Source: Gammaproteobacteria bacterium (GTDB lineage: Bacteria > Pseudomonadota > Gammaproteobacteria > Ga0077536). From it: DNA of 64,000 bases. The first letter of the stretch is position 1; each line of letters starts with the position of its first letter. The notes beneath the pieces are model-generated. The model had not been told where the DNA came from and did no database searches. It saw nothing but the letters and a program-made list of their open reading frames with translations. The stretch covers positions 576,001 to 640,000 of the forward strand of contig CAXXLL010000003.1 in NCBI GenBank assembly GCA_963662545.2. Direction: 5' to 3'. The translations under genes and the position numbers were made by a program. This document shows positions 62,573 to 64,000 of the stretch, one piece after another.

Positions 62573-62901
62573 TTAGCGGATGGAATCGCGAACGCCCATG
62601 CAGTATGGTTCCCATCATCTCACGCTCTCTCATCAACGCTGATGTTCGCCTACCATCTCGAAGGGGATAGGTGATAACAAGCGCGGCACGGAATTCACCG
62701 ACCCGGCGCCAGGTCGTGGCGCCGACGCCAGCGCGTTCTGTGGAATGTTTCAAACTGTGAATGATTAACACAAATAGGGCGATTTTCGGTCAGAAGTGGC
62801 ATCATTTTGTCGTTCGGTTGCGATATTCTCGCGTTGAGACAGTATCGATGCGATCATCAAGTCCGGTCTAACCATTGCAAGCCGGGCAAGAATAGAACGT
62901 T

Positions 62902-63825
62902 ATGAAAAATCTGCGATTGACGATTCTTGCGATTTTGCTCACAGGTACGCAGCCGGCCGGCGCGGCTACCCCCACGGATTATGGTGTCAGCGCGTCAACT
63001 CTGTGGGCAGATTGCTCGGTGCTTCTGTGTGACGATTCCTCGTTCACTAATCTCATCAATCCAATCAACGTTTTCACACAAAGTGGCGGCCTCCAGCAGA
63101 CGATGGCGTCGCAGCTCAACGTGGTTCAGCAACACCTTACCCTTTTTGGGGAGTTCCTGGACATGGGCAGAACGTGGGCCCAAGTGGATCTCGACCCCGC
63201 GACCCCGGGTGCATTCGAACTCGGAGTCAAGGCCGAATCATTTGACTTCGATGGCTGGGTGGGCGCACTCGCTTTCTCAATCGCGGGCTTCACCTACAGC
63301 GGGGGGCCCGGTTTCGTCGATGTGAACGCCGCCTTGACCGGCAGTATCATGAATTTGCCCACCCTCAACGATCCGAACCCTTCGGACGCTGCATTTCTGA
63401 GTGCACATGTATCGATCGTCCGCGACGACGGATTGATCATGTTTCCCAATCCAGCACCGTCTTCGCTATCCGAGCTCACGAATTTCGTCTTTGGGCTGCC
63501 GGTTGAGGATTTCTGGGAGGATTCCTCGTTCGCCGACACCGGCGGCGGAACGGTAACCCTGAGCACCGGCATCGATCCGGTCAGCATCGAGTTTACCCAG
63601 GACGACATCGACATGGGCCTGACCAATTTTTACGTCGTGTCCGCGGCCGCCGCCGGTGCCACCGACGTAGGCCGCATTACCGACGCACTCGGCACGCTAA
63701 CGACGACCTTTAATACCACCGATTTGATACCGTCGGCTGTGGTCGTGCCGCTGCCTGGCGCCATCTGGCTGTTCGGTGCCGGCGTCGCCGGCATTCTCTT
63801 CATCCGGCGCCAAGCCACCGCCTGA
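62902..63825 (+). CDS. VPLPA-CTERM / PEP-CTERM-type exosortase-sorted surface protein
   Basis: Signal peptide; C-terminal VPLPGAIWLFGAGVAGILFIRR. Confidence 0.88.
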   Translation: MKNLRLTILAILLTGTQPAGAATPTDYGVSASTLWADCSVLLCDDSSFTNLINPINVFTQSGGLQQTMASQLNVVQQHLTLFGEFLDMGRTWAQVDLDPATPGAFELGVKAESFDFDGWVGALAFSIAGFTYSGGPGFVDVNAALTGSIMNLPTLNDPNPSDAAFLSAHVSIVRDDGLIMFPNPAPSSLSELTNFVFGLPVEDFWEDSSFADTGGGTVTLSTGIDPVSIEFTQDDIDMGLTNFYVVSAAAAGATDVGRITDALGTLTTTFNTTDLIPSAVVVPLPGAIWLFGAGVAGILFIRRQATA

Positions 63826-64000
63826 GCGAGGCGGCCAGGGCCAGCGCATATTGCGCGCAGAGGATCCGCCGCACCCGCAAGCCACGAGGTTGAAACCGGT
63901 GCAGTCCAACGGTGCCGTCGCACCGCCTCCGGCGACCACTGCAACGATGCTCACCGTGTCGCTCCCGCGTTCCCGCGACGACATCGACATGACTACGACG

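Noticed and set aside
62796-62812. Sigma54 promoter before the VPLPA-CTERM gene
   Set aside because: TGGCATCATTTTGTC lacks the -12 GC
63630-64000. ORFs at the window end
   Set aside because: No recognisable motifs, they overlap the CTERM gene, and the region is cut by the window edge

Overview
This is a GC-rich chromosomal window that looks gammaproteobacterial. The left two-thirds is mostly core housekeeping: clpS-clpA, argE-argA, ilvD, gor, a peptide-type ABC operon with fadI/fadJ-like genes inside it, fabI, and tRNA-Leu-tig-clpP-clpX-lon-hupB-tRNA-Val-tRNA-Asp-ppiD. The right third is accessory and partly decaying: a kinase-HDOD and PilZ pair, a CoA-transferase/Ltp2-like/DUF35 cluster, kynA-kynU, a LolA-like + MMPL-cNMP unit, a cyclase-TPR gene broken by ISL3, a second IS and a VPLPA-CTERM protein. 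Five signals stand out. (1) A signal-peptide-bearing peroxiredoxin has UGA at its catalytic Cys position followed by a SECIS-like hairpin, so it is probably a selenoprotein that the ORF track split. (2) An MMPL/RND exporter with a C-terminal cNMP-binding domain (interrupted by an in-frame UGA) and a LolA-like partner lies divergent from a class III cyclase whose base-specifying residues are charge-swapped. (3) A chromosomal gene fuses two degenerate phage-conflict-type domains (A1S_2505-like + YspA/DUF2493 SLOG-like). (4) The ISL3 transposase needs a -1 frameshift at an A7C run. (5) There are several MITEs and REP-like repeats, a hidden 51-aa membrane ORF, and pseudogene remnants. All family calls come from motif recognition by eye; no database search was run.
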